Source: an uncultured Candidatus Saccharibacteria bacterium
GTDB lineage: Bacteria > Patescibacteriota > WWE3 > UBA101185 > 2-01-FULL-41-18
DNA length: 64,000 bases
Assembly (NCBI GenBank): GCA_964636285.1
Contig: CAZWQF010000005.1
Span: 19,167 to 83,166, forward strand
Direction: 5' to 3'
Positions 62,366 to 64,000 of this stretch are shown piece after piece. A program made the translations under genes and the position numbers. Positions within the stretch are counted from its first letter, which is position 1; every line of letters begins with the position of its first letter. The notes beneath the pieces are model-generated. The model was not told the DNA's origin. It did no database searches and was given only the letters and a program-made list of their open reading frames with translations.

Positions 62366-63592
62366 ATGTTCAGAATATCAGTAATCACTTATTTTATAGC
62401 TCTGTCTTTAATGTTTAGTAGGAATGTGAGTGCTGCTAGTTGGTGGGAAGTCCAGTCAATTGATACCATGAAGCAATCAAGAGACCTTGCTAGAGAAAAA
62501 CTTGAAAATAAGGGCTTTGATGTACAAATAGATAGTCAGGTTTTAAGGATAGCAGAGACAGGAGCCACCCATATAGCTATTGCCACCCCATACGACGAAG
62601 AATTTTCACCTTTTCTTAAAAGATGGGTTGAGAGTGCTAGAAGGTACGGGCTTAAAGTGTGGTTTAGGGGAAACTTTTCTGGGTGGGAAGGGTGGTTTGG
62701 TTATTCACGTATTACCCGAAGCGAACACAAAGTTAAAACGGCGGAGTTTATAGATAAGAACCCAGATTTATTTGAGGATGGGGATATTTTTTCTTCATGC
62801 CCCGAATGCGAAAATGGAGGTCCTGGCGATCCTAGATCTAATGGTGACGTAGATGGTCACAGAAAGTTTATTCTTGAAGAGTACCAAGTCACAAAAGAAA
62901 AGTTTAAAAAAATAGGTAAGGATGTAAGGTCAAACTATGCTTCCATGAATTTTGACGTGGCTTACTTAATAATGGATGCAAAAACAACTTTTGAGATGGA
63001 TGGATTAGTTACAATCGATCATTACGTAGCAACTTCAGATAGGATGGTGAGTGACGTGCTAAAACTTAGAGAGTCTTCAAAAGGAAGAATTTTTTTTGGC
63101 GAAATAGGCGCTCCCATTCCAGATATTCATGGTGACCTTGATTCGGAGTCTCAGTCTCAATGGATAGACACCGCTTTTAAAAAACTTAGTAGCATTTCTT
63201 ATGTTACAGGGGTGAATTATTGGGTTAATATTGGCGGGACAACTAGGATTTGGGAAGATAACGGTGATCCAAGAAAGGCTGTGGAGACCTTAAACAAGTA
63301 TTTTAAACCGTTGACGGTGGAAGGTACCGTGGTAAATAGACTTAACGAGCCTGTGGCAAATGCAAAAGTTGTACTTGGTGTTAAAGAGATTGAGACTGAT
63401 AGTATTGGTAGATTTGAAATTCCTGTTATTGATGCAAAAAAGATAATTATTTCGCACTCCGATTACGAAACAACACACTTTTTTGTTGATAGTATGCCAA
63501 AAGATGGAAATTTTCTCATACAAAAAAAGCAAGAAAGCTTACTATTTAAATTGAGATTTTTACTCAAATCCTTGTTTTCTAAGCTGAGATAA
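62366..63592 (+). CDS. Secreted hypothetical protein with a C-terminal CarboxypepD_reg-like beta-sandwich; possibly a glycan-hydrolase-like TIM barrel.
   Basis: A signal peptide (MFRISVITYFIALSLMFSRNVSAASW). The C-terminus is GTVVNRLNEPVANAKVVLG ... GRFEIPV. The start was moved to 62366. Confidence 0.4.
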   Translation: MFRISVITYFIALSLMFSRNVSAASWWEVQSIDTMKQSRDLAREKLENKGFDVQIDSQVLRIAETGATHIAIATPYDEEFSPFLKRWVESARRYGLKVWFRGNFSGWEGWFGYSRITRSEHKVKTAEFIDKNPDLFEDGDIFSSCPECENGGPGDPRSNGDVDGHRKFILEEYQVTKEKFKKIGKDVRSNYASMNFDVAYLIMDAKTTFEMDGLVTIDHYVATSDRMVSDVLKLRESSKGRIFFGEIGAPIPDIHGDLDSESQSQWIDTAFKKLSSISYVTGVNYWVNIGGTTRIWEDNGDPRKAVETLNKYFKPLTVEGTVVNRLNEPVANAKVVLGVKEIETDSIGRFEIPVIDAKKIIISHSDYETTHFFVDSMPKDGNFLIQKKQESLLFKLRFLLKSLFSKLR

Positions 63593-63610
63593 TCTGATAG
63601 TATTTTATTC

Positions 63611-64000
63611 ATGACAAATAATGAAACAGTAAAATTTGGTGAACATTTAATTTTTGATGCGTACGGATGCCCTTTCGATAAGCTTAACAACCCGCAACTT
63701 TGTTTAGATGTGCTAAATAAATTAGTTGAACTAGGTGACATGCAGAAGCTTCATGACCCCTATATTATCAAAGCCGATAGCAATGAAGTTTTAGGAGGGA
63801 AAGATCCTGGTGGCTATTCCGCATTCGTGATGATTTATGAATCTCACATTAGCGTTCACACATTTGCAAAGAGGGGTTTTGTGACTCTTGATGTGTACTC
63901 CTGTAAACCTTTTAGTAGCCAAGGTATGCTTGATTACTTAAAGGAAGTTTTTGAGCCAAAAGATTTTGATGTGTTGAAGTTTGATAGGGGATTAAAATAT
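63611..64000 (+). CDS. speH: S-adenosylmethionine decarboxylase proenzyme (SpeH type), 3'-truncated at the window end.
   Basis: MIYESHISVHTF contains the E|S self-cleavage and pyruvoyl-forming site typical of SpeH. The ORF is open to the window end. Confidence 0.75.
   Translation, partial: MTNNETVKFGEHLIFDAYGCPFDKLNNPQLCLDVLNKLVELGDMQKLHDPYIIKADSNEVLGGKDPGGYSAFVMIYESHISVHTFAKRGFVTLDVYSCKPFSSQGMLDYLKEVFEPKDFDVLKFDRGLKY

Overview
This is a 64-kb window from a low-GC bacterial genome, roughly mid-30s % GC by eye. Genes are densely packed and many overlap by 4-11 nt. No outer-membrane-specific machinery is encoded in this window. Taken together with the content listed below, this looks like a small-genome, monoderm-style (single-membrane) bacterium, possibly CPR/Patescibacteria-like. 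That lineage call is an inference. Core genes: an archaeal-type aspartyl-tRNA synthetase (AspRS, 5'-truncated), gltX, argS, lysS, two greA paralogs, mscL, a diadenylate cyclase (cdaA), tRNA-Gln(CTG), tRNA-Glu(CTC) and a 3'-truncated speH. Regulators and transport: three two-component systems, one of them next to a MacAB-like periplasmic-adaptor/ABC/FtsX transporter. The accessory content is large and dominated by cell-surface genes: secreted proteins with Pro/Thr linkers, a sortase with an adjacent LPXTG substrate, a lone type-IV pilin, and a ~13.5-kb glycan-biosynthesis operon. The most notable items are: (1) a ~1.3-kb GC-rich, codon-atypical secreted-protein gene that looks horizontally acquired; (2) a candidate cohesin-dockerin surface complex, in which a scaffoldin-like protein (cohesin-like plus CBM-like domains) is translationally coupled to a 1538-aa multidomain glycosidase carrying a DINGDG dockerin-like segment; (3) a 1561-aa polypeptide fusing GT2 + processive GT2 (QRSRW) + Wzx-like flippase + GT4; (4) a CdaA-YbbR(CdaR) fusion protein. 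No CRISPR array, integrase, transposase or reverse transcriptase was seen.
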